Source of the DNA: an uncultured Solirubrobacterales bacterium
Lineage (GTDB): Bacteria; Actinomycetota; Thermoleophilia; Solirubrobacterales; Solirubrobacteraceae
Length of the DNA stretch: 64,000 nucleotides
Direction: 5' to 3'
Assembly: GCA_963705775.1 (NCBI GenBank)
Contig: CAVPKT010000045.1
Span: 4,506 to 68,505 of the forward strand
Of the stretch, positions 1 through 10,501 are shown piece after piece. The translations under genes were made by a program, and so were the position numbers. Each line of letters starts with the position of its first letter. Positions within the stretch are counted from its first letter, which is position 1. The notes beneath the pieces were generated by a model. The model was given only the letters and a program-made list of their open reading frames with translations. It searched no databases and had not been told where the DNA came from.

Positions 1-156
1 CTCGTGTTCGAGTTCGAGGCCGCTCTCCTGCTCGCCAACGCGCAGTACATAGTGGCCCGCACCCAAGAGCCCATCGAGCGCGCACGTCGCGCGATCCAGC
101 GGCGCCTCGACGCGGGCGCCGTGCGGCCAAGCAAGCGCACACGCAGCCGTCGGTAG
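1..156 (+). CDS. 3' end of a CDS, possibly a TetR-family regulator C-terminus (partial)
   Basis: Frame 1 is open from the window edge: LVFEFEAALLLANAQYIVARTQEPIERARRAIQRRL...RSRR*, TAG at 154-156. It resembles TetR C-terminal helices, but only a fragment is visible. Confidence 0.45.
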   Translation, partial: LVFEFEAALLLANAQYIVARTQEPIERARRAIQRRLDAGAVRPSKRTRSRR

Positions 157-164
157 AATTGCAG

Positions 165-238
165 CGCCCCCGGCAGGACTCGAACCTGCGACCCACGGCT
201 TAGAAGGCCGTCGCTCTATCCAGCTGAGCTACGGGGGC
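165..238 (-). tRNA. tRNA-Arg(UCU)
   Basis: Reverse complement GCCCCCGTAGCTCAGCTGGATAGAGCGACGGCCTTCTAAGCCGTGGGTCGCAGGTTCGAGTCCTGCCGGGGGCG folds as a cloverleaf with anticodon TCT and a GTTCGA T-loop. CCA is not encoded. Confidence 0.96.
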
Positions 239-401
239 TTTGGCGGGACTGTAGCCCGCCGAGGGGCGAAGTCGAGTTCGCCGATCCAAACCTCCTCAAA
301 CCTGCACAGACTTGACGATCTGTGGGTGGATCGCCCCGGACACCCGTCCACTCAGGGACCACTGACCTTGCAACCGGACATGCAGGACCGACCCCTAACG
401 C

Positions 402-935
402 GTGGCATGGAAGCTCACATCCACTCGGGGGCTGCGCAAGCTGGCGCGACGTCTCTCGCTACTCGGATCTCTCGCGGCGCTCGCCGCGGCGGCGGCCCCA
501 AGCGGTGCGCAGGCCTACGCGCTTCAGTGGGAGCCGAGCGCGTCGTTGTTCTGGGCCGTCAACAGCTCGACGATCCTGAGCGTGTTCCAGAACGGCGAGT
601 GCACCCAGTGGGCCGCGACCAAGCGGCCTGACGTCGTCCAGTCGATCATCACGGGGTTCGTCTCGACAGAGCTCGGCCAGGGGTCGACCAACGAGACGAT
701 GCCGAACATGGATGCTCGCTACTGGACCGCCGAGGCCCAGCTCGTCGGACTCTCGACCGGGCGCAAGCCGCAACGGGGAGCGCTGATGGTCTTCCAGCCC
801 AACGTCCTCGGTGCGGGCTCGGCCGGTCACATCGCCTACGTGCAGCGGGTCAACCGCAACGGCACGTTCCGGATCTCGGAGATGCACGCCCCGAACCTGT
901 ACCAGGTGAGCTACCAGACGCTCCCGGCGGGGTAG
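402..935 (+). CDS. Secreted CHAP-domain peptidoglycan amidase/peptidase
   Basis: Signal peptide (LSLLGSLAALAAAAAPSGAQA), catalytic Cys in GECTQWA, His in GHIAYV, then RISEM. Start uncertain. Confidence 0.85.
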   Translation: MAWKLTSTRGLRKLARRLSLLGSLAALAAAAAPSGAQAYALQWEPSASLFWAVNSSTILSVFQNGECTQWAATKRPDVVQSIITGFVSTELGQGSTNETMPNMDARYWTAEAQLVGLSTGRKPQRGALMVFQPNVLGAGSAGHIAYVQRVNRNGTFRISEMHAPNLYQVSYQTLPAG

Positions 936-988
936 CACGGCTGGCCGGCGTGAGCTTCGTTTACTGAGCGGGTTTCGATCCGGCGAGA

Positions 989-1063
989 TCGGGGCGCCCG
1001 GATTTGAACCGGGGATCTCCCGCGCCCAAGGCGGGTGCGATAACCAGGCTTCGCTACGCCCCG
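989..1063 (-). tRNA. tRNA-Pro(UGG)
   Basis: Reverse complement CGGGGCGTAGCGAAGCCTGGTTATCGCACCCGCCTTGGGCGCGGGAGATCCCCGGTTCAAATCCGGGCGCCCCGA; anticodon TGG; CCA not encoded. Confidence 0.95.
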
Positions 1064-1176
1064 AGGCGTGGGGCCGAGTCTAGACCCCAGTACTGCTGAA
1101 CGCGGTCGATCGCGGCCTGAAGCCGTTGCCCTTCGCATCTGGCCCGGACGCCAACCCACTGCGACACTCCACCCGA

Positions 1177-2131
1177 ATGCCGGTCCACACCCGCTCCCCC
1201 CGGCTCGGCTACGCGCTCGCCGCGACGGCCGCCACGCTCTGGGCGCTGAACGGGTCGATCGCACACTTCCTGCTGAACGACCACATGCCGCCCGCGCGCC
1301 TGGCGGAGCTCCGCGCCGTGTGCACGTTCGCTGTGCTCCTCGCGGCGCTCGCGATCGCTCGTCCGCGGCTGCTCAAGATCGATCGCCGGGACCTCGGTCA
1401 ACTTTCGATCGTGGGGATCGTCGGGCTCGCCGGGGTGAGCGCCCTCTATTACGCCGCGATCGCGCGTCTCCAGATCGGCGTCGCGGTCACGATCCAGTAC
1501 CTCGGTCCGTTGCTGCTGCTCGTGTGGCTGAAGCTGGTCCATGGCCGGGCCTTGCCACGCGGCCTTTGGAGCGCCGCGGGCCTCGCCGCGGTCGGGTGCT
1601 TCTTCGTCGTGCGCGCGTATCGACCCGGGGGGCCTCGACGGGGTCGGCGTGGCGGAGGCATTCGGCGCGGCGGTGACGTTCGCCATCTACGTCTTCGCCT
1701 CCGAGCAGTCCGGTCACAAGTACAAGCCCGCGACGACGCTGACGTGGGGCTTCGGGCTCGCGACGGTGTTCTGGCTGATCACCCAGCAGCCGTGGAGCTT
1801 CCCGTTTCACATCCTTGGCGAGCGCACGCAACCTCGGTTACGCGGCTTACACCGTGATCGGGGGGACGCTCGTTCCGTTCGGTTGCATGGTCGCCGCCGT
1901 GCGGCACCTGCCCGCCTCGCGCGCGGCGGTCGTCGCGACGCTCGAGCCGGTGCTCGGGGCGCTGCTCGCGTGGGCGATCCAAAATCAGTCGCTCTCCCCG
2001 GTCGCAGATCGCCGGAGGGCTGATCGTCGTCGGCAGCGGTCGTGTGGGTCCAGGCGCAGCGGCCGCAGCTCGACGCCGAGCTCGCACCTGCGTACAGAAC
2101 CCGCAGGCGGACGCCGGCCCGCGTCGAGTAG
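1177..2131 (+). CDS. EamA/DMT family transporter (frameshifted)
   Basis: Hydrophobic segments with IGVAVTIQYLGP and ASRAAVVATLEPVLGALLAW motifs, spread over ORFs 1126, 1541 and 1815. Confidence 0.8.
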
Positions 2132-2145
2132 CCTCCGCCGCCGCG

Positions 2146-3464
2146 ATGGCCCAAGTCGAGCCCCTCCAAGCGCTGCACTACAACCTCGACGAACCGGCGG
2201 CCTCCAGCACGTGGTCGCGCCGCCCTACGACGTGATCGACGACCGGCAGCGCGCGCAGCTCGAGGAGCGCTCGCCCTACAACGTGGTGCAGAATCGATCT
2301 TCCGCGGGGGGACGATCCGTACGAGGCGGCGGCGCGCCAGCTCGAAGCAGTGGCGCGCGCAGGGCGTCATCGTCCGGGACGAGCAGCCGGCGCTGTGGGC
2401 GCTCGCCCAGGACTACACCGGACCGGACGGCCGCGCCAGGACGCGCCGGGGCTTCCTCGCGCGCGTGCGCGTGGAGGAGTACGGCCCGGGCGGATCCGGC
2501 CCCACGAGCGCACCCATCCGGGGCCCAAGGAGGACCGCCTTCGGCTGACGCGCGCCACCAAGGCCAACCTGTCTCCGATCTTCTCGCTGTTCGACGACCC
2601 CTCGAACGCAGCCTGGAGCGCACTCGAACCGGCGACCACGCGAGGAACCGTGGGCCGAGGCAACAGACGACGACGGCACGGTCAACCGCATGTGGCGGGT
2701 CGCCGACGCCGACGCGATCGCGACCGTTCGAGCGAGCCTCGCGCAGACCGAGCTCCTGATCGCCGACGGCCATCACCGCTACGAGACCGCGCGCGTGTAC
2801 GCGGAGGAGGTCGGCGGCGAGGGCCCTCAGCGATACGTCCTGATGTGCCTGGTCGCCCTTCAGGATCCGGGGCTGACCGTGTTCCCGACCCACCGGCTCG
2901 TGCGCGGGCTGGACAGCGAAAGCAGGAAGCGCTCGCCGCGCGATCAAGCGTGACTTCGAGATCGAGGAGCTGGCCGCAAAGGACGAGCTCGTCCCGAGCC
3001 CGGCGATGACGTCGAGTTCGGGTACATCGACTCGCACTTCCGCCGCCCATTCATGCTCAGGCTGCTCAGATCAGGAGATCGCCGACGCGGCGCTCGCGGG
3101 ACCACGCGGAGCCCTACCGGCGCTGGACACCGCCGTGCTCGAGGCGCTGATCCTCAAGGGGGCGCTCGGGATGACCGACGAGGACATCGACCATCTCGCC
3201 GGCCTCGGCTACGCCCGGGACGCCGACCACGCGCTCGAGCTGGTCGAAACGGCCGAGTACGACGCCGCGTTCTTCATGGCGCCGACCCCGGTGGAGCGCG
3301 TCCAGGCGGTCGCCGCCGCCGGCGAGAGCATGCCTCCGAAATCGACCTATTTCTTCCCCAAGGTCCCGACCGGGCTGCTGTTCAACCCGCTCGCGAGTAG
3401 CGCCATCGGCGAGCGCTACGATGCGCTACGACCGGCACCTGCAACCAGAAGGACCAACCGATGA
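2146..3464 (+). CDS. DUF1015 family protein (frameshifted)
   Basis: Motifs VVAPPYDVI, IRPHERT, KEDRLRL, LLIADGHHRYETA, PTHRLV and MPPKSTYFFPKVPTGL across frames. Confidence 0.85.
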
Positions 3465-3860
3465 AGGCAACCGCCCCCGCACCGGCACATTCACGCATCG
3501 GATCGACATACGCACCACCAGGTCGTGGTCGACGAGCCGATCAAGGACGGCGGCGATGACAAGGGCCCGAGCCCTCAGGAGCTGCTCGCAGCGAGCCTCG
3601 CATCGTGCACGGCGATCACGATCGAGATGTACGCCAAGCAAGAAGGGCTGGGACATCGGTCAGATCGAGGTCGAGTGCGAGTACACGCAAGCCGAGCGCG
3701 GTTCCCGACGGAGTTCAAGATCACGCTGTGGCTGCCCGAGGACCTCAGCGAGGAGCAGGTCGAGCGCCTGAACGCGATCGCCGCCAAGTGCCCGGTACAC
3801 CGAACGCTCGAGGGCGGGGCAACCATCACCCAGAGCGTCGCGACTACGGCTCGACGCTGA
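3461..3860 (+). CDS. OsmC/Ohr family protein (frameshifted)
   Basis: DEP..GGDDKGPSPQELLAASLASCTAIT and KCPVHRTL motifs; RBS-like AGAAGGA upstream. Confidence 0.85.
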
Positions 3861-3961
3861 CGCCGTCGGCCAGCAGCTCCTCGACCGCTCGGTCGCCATC
3901 GCCCGGGAAGCGTCAACCGCCCACGATCAGAGCGTCGATCACACGCGAATATAGTCCGCAG

Positions 3962-4550
3962 ATGGCGCTGTCCACCGAAGGGCTCCGAGACAACCTCCGG
4001 CGGGTATTGCTCTCGCCCGACGAGGCGGTCAACGTCGATGTACACGGTCGCACCGACGCCGCGGTGCTCGTGCCGACTTACCTAGCGGGCGACGATCTCC
4101 ACGTCGTGTTCACGAAGCGCCGCGAGGACCTCGCCGTCACCCCGGCGAGATCTCGTTCCCCGGCGGCCGCCGCGACGATGACGAGCAGACCTGCAGCTCA
4201 CCGCGCTGCGGGAGGCGGAGGAGGAGATCGGCCTGCCCCGCAAGGCGGTCGAAATCGTCGGCGCGCTTCAACCGACGCCGACGATCGCGACCGGCTACGC
4301 GGTGTATCCATTCGTCGGCCTGATCGGCCCACCCGCAACTGGGTCCCGAGCGCCGGCGAGGTCGCTGAGGTGCTGGAGATACCGGTCGCCGCGCTGATCG
4401 CGGGCTATGGGCGGCGCCGCCTGGTCCGGCGCGGCGTCCCTGTGCGGACCGACACCTATGTCGTCGGCGATCACCTGATTTGGGGGGCTACCGCTCGGAT
4501 CCTGTCCGACCTGCTGGACCGCCTCGAGGCGGCGCGTCTCACGGTGCCGG
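3962..4550 (+). CDS. Nudix hydrolase, CoA pyrophosphatase-like (frameshifted, 3' end uncertain)
   Basis: [33 protein letters not shown] and IWGATARIL motifs across frames. Confidence 0.8.
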
Positions 4551-5391
4551 TCAGACCGCTCGATCGGTACGCCGACGAGGTTGCCCCACTCGGTCCACGA
4601 GCCGTCGTAGTTCTTGACGTCCTGCTCGCCGAGCAGCTCGTGGAGCACGAACCAGGTGTGGGCCGAGCGCTCGCCGATCCGGCAGTAGGCGATGATCGGC
4701 TCGCCGCTCAGCACGCCCTTGCCGCCGTAGAGCTCGCGGAGCTCGTCGGCCGACTTGAACGTGCCGTCCTCCTTGACCGCCTGTGCCCACGGGACCGACT
4801 TGGCGCCCGGGATGTGGCCGGCGCGCTGCGCGCCCTCCTGCTCGTAGCCCGGTCGAGATCAGCTCGCCGGAGAACTCCTGCGGGGAGCGCACGTCGACCA
4901 GCTGCTGGAGTCCGTCGAGCGCGGCTGAGCACCTCGTCGCGCTTGGCGCGGATCGACTCGTCGCCCGGGCTTGGCCGTCGAACGTCGCGCGGGGTGGTTC
5001 GGAACGTCGGTCGTCGTCGGGCCGGCCGTCGGTGATCCAGCGCTCTCGCGGGCCGTTCAGCAGCTTGACGTTGTCGTGCCCGTAGTACTTCAGGTACCAG
5101 TACGTGTAGGCGGCAAACCAGTTGTTGCGATCGCCGTAGAGGATCACCTGGTGATCGTTCGAGATTCCGCGGCTTCCAAACAGCTCGCCGAAATCCTCCG
5201 GGTCCGAGGAAGTCGCGCCTGACCTGGTCCTGGAGGTCGGTGCGCCAGTCGAACCCGATCGCGCCCGGGATATGCGCCTCGCGGTAGAGCGCGGGGTTCT
5301 CGTCGACCTCGACGATCCGGATCGAGTCGTCGTCCAGGTGCTGCTCGAGCCACTCGGGCTCGACCAGGACGTCATTCGCGTAGTCGGCCAC
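4551..5391 (-). CDS. Sulfurtransferase (double rhodanese, CysA/SseA type; frameshifted)
   Basis: [33 protein letters not shown], active site YCRIGERS, and NYDGSWTEW rhodanese signature. Confidence 0.9.
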
Positions 5392-5442
5392 TCGCTGTCT
5401 CCTGAAACTCGATCCGGATTTACTTATTTCGGGTAAGCCAGT

Positions 5443-5948
5443 CTATCGCGGCGGCGATCCGCCATCGAGCACACGGTCCACGGCATCGCGGCCGCGGCGA
5501 CCAGGCCGGCGGCGTCGGCCGGATCGGCGTCGAGCAGCGCGTACGGGATCCTCGAGCCTGGCAGACGGCGCGGACCCGGTCGGCGCCCGCTCAAGCAGCT
5601 CCGGCTCGACCGTGCCGCCGCCTCGTAGACGATCCCGCGCACGGTGGTGTCGAGCATCCGCGTCAGCAGCATGTCGAGCCGTGGCCGTGGAGCTCCGCCA
5701 GCTGCTCTGCGACGCCCGCGGCGCGAGCCGAGCAGGATGCACGCCACGCTCACGTGCTCGAGCGCCGGCGCGAGCGTGGCGACCCGGTCGGGGTCGCCGA
5801 CGCACGGCCTCGGCGCCCGGCGGCCTCGATCGCTCGGCGCGCGCGCCGGGTCGCGCGTCGTGCCGCGGACCGACGTGCCCGCCCGCCACGCAGCTCCGGC
5901 GAGCGCAGCGCCGCGGCAGCCGCAGCCGATGATCAGGCAGCGCGCCAG
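5443..5948 (-). CDS. Short NAD(P)-binding Rossmann-fold protein (frameshifted)
   Basis: CLIIGCGCRG GxGxxG motif, VRGTTRDP, GDPDRVATL. Confidence 0.6.
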
Positions 5949-5953
5949 CGGCG

Positions 5954-6410
5954 CTACCCGTCGGAGCCGCCGAGCTTGTCGCCGAACTCGCGGCTCGACT
6001 TCCTCGCGGGTGCGCTCCGGGAGGCCCCTGGCCCGCGCGGCGGGCGTTGGTCGGCTCGAGCAGCTGCGTCGAGGCTCGCGGTCGTCGAGCTGCTCGCGCG
6101 CGGCGTTCGGCGAGATAACGCTCGCGCTGCGGCGCTGCTCGTTGATGTCGCGCATCGACCTGCAGCTCGATATCGTCGAGCGTGACCTCGCGCTCGCCCT
6201 CGGGCGCGCGCGGCGGGCGTTGCGCGCCGCGAGCATCTGCTGCAAGGTCCTCGGCGTCGAGCGCCTCGCGCGTTTCGGCGATCTCGCGGGAGCTCGCAGC
6301 CCGATCTGCTCGAGTCCGGAGCCCGGGGTAGTAGCTGCCCAGCAGATCACCGACCCAGAGCACGAGCGCGACGACCATCCCGACGCATCACAGACCGCGA
6401 ACGGGTCCAT
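5954..6410 (-). CDS. Hypothetical protein with N-terminal TM helix (frameshifted)
   Basis: MDPFAV..VVALVLWVGDLLGSYYPG followed by a charged helical region with an internal repeat (QMLAARNARR / QLLEPTNARR). Confidence 0.55.
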
Positions 6411-6555
6411 CCGAGTGAGTCTAAACGCCGACGTCTTCACCGTGAGCGCAACTTTTCGTGCGCGAGCGCAGTGTTCTAAGAGGCGTCAATCCGCCACCGC
6501 CCGGCCGGGTCGGGAGCACCGGCGGGGCTCACCATATGCAGTGAAAGGAGGCTTC

Positions 6556-7868
6556 ATGCGCCTACGCTTTGCCGTGCCCGCGTCGCTGTTGGCTGCACTG
6601 GCGGTCGAGTGTACATTCCAGGCGCTGCCACGGCCTGGTCGCAGCGCCGACCCGCGTCACAACCACGGGCTCACAATCAGCCGCAATTCCGAACCCGATC
6701 CAGGCCGGCGAGGGCGTCTGATCTACGGCCAGCTGGGGGCACCGGCGTCGGCGGCCAGACGATCGGGCTCTACCACCACGTCTTGGCGGCCGTCCGGGTT
6801 ACACGCTGATCGGCACGACCACGACCGACGCTCGGGCTACTACGAGTTCACCCGCGCGGAGGGCTCGTGTACACCAACCGCAGTTGGTTTGTCCGCGGCC
6901 CGAGCGGAGCACACACAGCCGCACGATCCATGAGCGAGTCAGCCGCGCTCGTGACCATCAACGCGAGCACGATCGAACGCCGACACCAATCAGCGGTCGT
7001 GTTCACCGGCACCGTCAACCCGAGCCACCCGTTCGAGCGCGTGCTGCTCCAGCAGCAGAACGGCGCCGGCGAGCTGGAGCACGCTGCGACGGCGGCTACT
7101 CGGGCGCCGGCTCGAGCTATTCGATCGCGTACTCCGGCGTTCCCCGGCGAGCGCGACGTCCGCGTCGTGCTTCCCCGGTGATGCCCGCAACACCAAGGGC
7201 GTGTCTGACTCGATCACGATCACCATCCAGCAGGCCCAGGTCCCGGATTTCACGATCAACAGCTCGCAGCCGATCGTCAGCTACGGGCAGCTCGGTGACG
7301 ATCTCCGGCGTGCTCGATCAGCCCGGGCGACACACGCGCGAGCCGAGCACGACGGTGCATCCTGTGGGGCCGTACGGCCCACGGCGGCCACGTTCGCGCT
7401 GGTCGGGCACGACCACCGGCGGCTCGGACGGAAGCTACAGCTTCACCGACGATCCCGACGAGAACACCGTCTACCAGGTGCGCACGAGCCTGCCCCCGAA
7501 GCGTCACAGCGCGGTGCTGTTCGAGGGCGTCCGTGACATCGTCACGCTGACCGGCGAGCTCGACGACCTCGACGGTCGGCGGCACGTGTCACGTTCGCCG
7601 GCACGGTCACGCCGGACAAGGCGGGTCACGTGATCTACCTCGAGCGCCTGGGTAAGGACAACAACTGGCACGTGGTCGAGATTCGCTTCGTCAAGTCGCG
7701 ACTCGACCTTCCAGTTCAGCTGGCACATTCGGCACCGCGGGCTCCAAGGAGTTCCGCGCCCGGATCCCGAGTGACTCGCACAACGTCGGCGCGGCCTCGG
7801 CTCCGCTGACGATCACGGTGAGCCCGGCAGCGGCCGTGACGTCGTTGCCGGCCGCGCCCGCCTCCTAG
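6556..7868 (+). CDS. Secreted protein with ~4 repeated beta-sandwich-like modules (heavily frameshifted)
   Basis: Strong RBS AAAGGAGG, signal peptide [17 protein letters not shown], and recurring T-rich modules (GYYEFTR, GSYSFT, VYLERLG). Confidence 0.6.
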
Positions 7869-7970
7869 GCGAGGTCGGCAGCAGAGAGAGTACGTCGGTC
7901 GTCCGGCCCCCGGCGCTCCCGCCGGGTGTCCGGGTCGTTCTGGCGCACGGCACGCTGCGGCCAGGCCGCG

Positions 7971-9304
7971 CTAGGCGCGCCACCGCCCACAGCCGCCACG
8001 CGCCCGGGACTCCCTTGAGCTCGTGCTCGCCGCGGTCGGCGAACTCGATGCCCGATCCCACCACTAGGTCCTTGACCGTGCCCGACACCAGCACCTCCCC
8101 GGGCTCGGCGAGGGCGAGCGACGCGTGCGCCGATGTGCACCGCGATCCCGCCGACGTCGTCGCCGATCAGCTCGATCTCGCCGGTGTGCAGCCCGCTGCG
8201 GACCTCGAGCCCGAACTCCTCCCGAGCCGCGTCGCGGATCGCCGCCGCGCAGCGGATGCCCGCGCGGGCCCGTCGAACGTGGCGAGGAAGCCGTCGCCCA
8301 TCTTCTTGACCGCGCGGCCGCGGAAGCGCTCGAGCGCCCGGTCGATCGAGCCGTCGATCGACTCGAGCACTCCGCGCCACCGGCGATCCCCCATCTCGGC
8401 CGCCCGGCGCGTCGAGTCGACGATGTCGGAGAACATCACCGTAGCCAGGATCCGCTCGGGGTCGGGCGCGTGGCGGGCGCCGGTGAGGAACTCCTCGATC
8501 TCGTCGAGCAGCGGCTCGTTGTCGCGGCCGAAGCGGAGCGTGTCGCTCGCCCGGCAGCTCGACGAGCTGCGCCCCGGGGATGTGCTCGGCGATGTAGCGC
8601 GAGTGGCGGATGTCGATGAACTTGTCGCCGGGACGGTGAAGCACGAGCGTCGGCGCCTGGATCACGGCAGGACCGCGCCGGACGTCCGTGTCGGAGTGCA
8701 TCCGGAACAGCTTCGCCGCGGTCCCCGGGCTCGCGGCGAGCCGCTCGAGCTTGGCCGACCAGTGCGAGCGCGCGGTCGTCCTCGGCCGACAAGCGGTCGA
8801 GCGCGCATGCATCCGCGCTCCCGTTCCCCAGTTGGCCCGGATCGTCCGAGCCTGCCTCGCGCTCCTCGCGCGTCAGCGGCCAGTCGTAGTCGGGGGCATA
8901 GGTCATCCGCGGGGTCGCCTCGTACAGGACGAGCGCCGGTCGTCCGCTCGGGATGGGTGGCGGCGAACAGGCGCGCCATCGCGCCGCCCTCGAGCATGCG
9001 CGAACAGCGCGGCCCGCTCCGAGCCGGCGGCGTCCATCACCGCCACGACGTCGTCCATCTGCTCCTCGAGCGTCGGCGCGCCCGCGATCCGGTCGGACAT
9101 CCCGCAGCCCCGGCGGTCGAACATGATCAGCCGGGCGAACGACGCGAGCCGCCGGAACATGCGCGCCACCAGGGCTGATCCCAGACGTGCTCGATCTGCG
9201 AGATCCAGCGTCGGCACCCAGAGCAGGTCGACGGGCCCGTCGCCGACCACCTGGTAGGCGATGTGGATGTCGCCGCTGCGCGCGTACCTGGTCTCGGGCG
9301 CCAT
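7971..9304 (-). CDS. Alpha/beta-hydrolase-fold plus class III adenylate/guanylate cyclase (LipJ/Rv1900c-like; frameshifted)
   Basis: N-terminal [20 protein letters not shown] and [11 protein letters not shown]; cyclase motifs [47 protein letters not shown]. Confidence 0.88.
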
Positions 9305-9340
9305 CGCGGCTACATACGGGAGCGTATACCGTGCCCGGAT

Positions 9341-10501
9341 ATGGACTTTGAACTGAGCGACGAGCAGAGACTGATTCGCGAGACGGCGCGGGACTTCACC
9401 GACAACGAGATCGTCGAACGCGCGCGCGAGAACGACCGCAACGAGCACTTCGACCTGGAGCTGGTCGCAGAAGATCGCGCAGCAGGGGTACCTCGGGCGC
9501 GATCGTCCCACGCGAGTACGGCGGCGCCGGGCTCGACTACTTGACTTACGGGCTGGTGGTGGAGGAGATCGGTCGCGGGCTGCTCCGCGATGCGGACGGT
9601 GATCTCCGTGCAGACCTCGCTGGTGTGCTCCGCGATTCTGCGTTGGGGCACCGAGGAGCAGAAGCAGCGCTACCTGCCGAAGCTGTGCTCCGGCGAATGG
9701 CTCGGATGCTTTGCGCTGACCGAGCCGGACACCGGCTCGGACGCGGCCAACCAGCGCACACGGGCGCGACGAGGAGAACGGCGGCTGGGTGATCAACGGC
9801 GCGAAGATGTTCATCTCGCTGGCGCAACCACGCCAAGCTCGCGCTGGTGTTCGCCCAGACCGATCCCGAGAAGGGCCACCGCGGGCTGGCCTGCTTCCTG
9901 GTCGAGACCGACCAGCCGGGCTTCCAGCCACAGCCGATCCATCACAAGATGGGCCTGCGGGGATCGGATACGGCGGCGATCTCGCTCGATGACGTCCAGG
10001 CGCCGGATGACGCGATCCTTGGTGAGGTGGGCGAGGGCTTCAAGGTCGCCATGAGCTCGCTCGACTCGGGGCGCTACAGCGTGGCCGCGGGGTGCGTGGG
10101 TATCTGCCAGGGGTGCGTCGATGCCTCGGTCCGATACTCCAAGGAGCGCGAGCAGTTCGGCAAGCCGATCGCGAGCTTCCAGCTCGTCCAGGCGATGCTC
10201 GCCAACATGGTGGTGGAAACCGACGCGGCGCGGATGCTCGTGTGGCGCGCCGGCTATCTGAAGGACACCGGCAAGCCGAACACGACCGAGACCTCGATCG
10301 CCAAGCTGTACGCCACGGAGGCGGCGGTCCGGTGCGCGAACACCGCGATCCAGGTGCACGGAGGCTCGGGCTACGTCGACGATCACCCGGTCGAGCGTTA
10401 TTTCCGCGATGTCCGTGTCACGACGCTGTATGAGGGGACCTCGCAGATCCAGCAGCTGATCATCGGCCGGGCCGTAACGGGCATCAACGCCCTCCACGTG
10501 A
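9341..10501 (+). CDS. Acyl-CoA dehydrogenase (frameshifted)
   Basis: MDFELSDEQ, FALTEPDTGSD, INGAKMFI, KMGLRGSDT, REQFGKPIASFQ, QVHGGSGY, RDVRVTTLYEGTSQIQ. Confidence 0.92.

Noticed and set aside
322-410. c-di-AMP or c-di-GMP riboswitch upstream of the CHAP gene
   Set aside because: Only a TGCAACCGG fragment resembles c-di-GMP-II; the other conserved elements are absent.
239-988. Integrative element or att repeat at the tRNAs
   Set aside because: No duplicated tRNA 3' end and no integrase seen.
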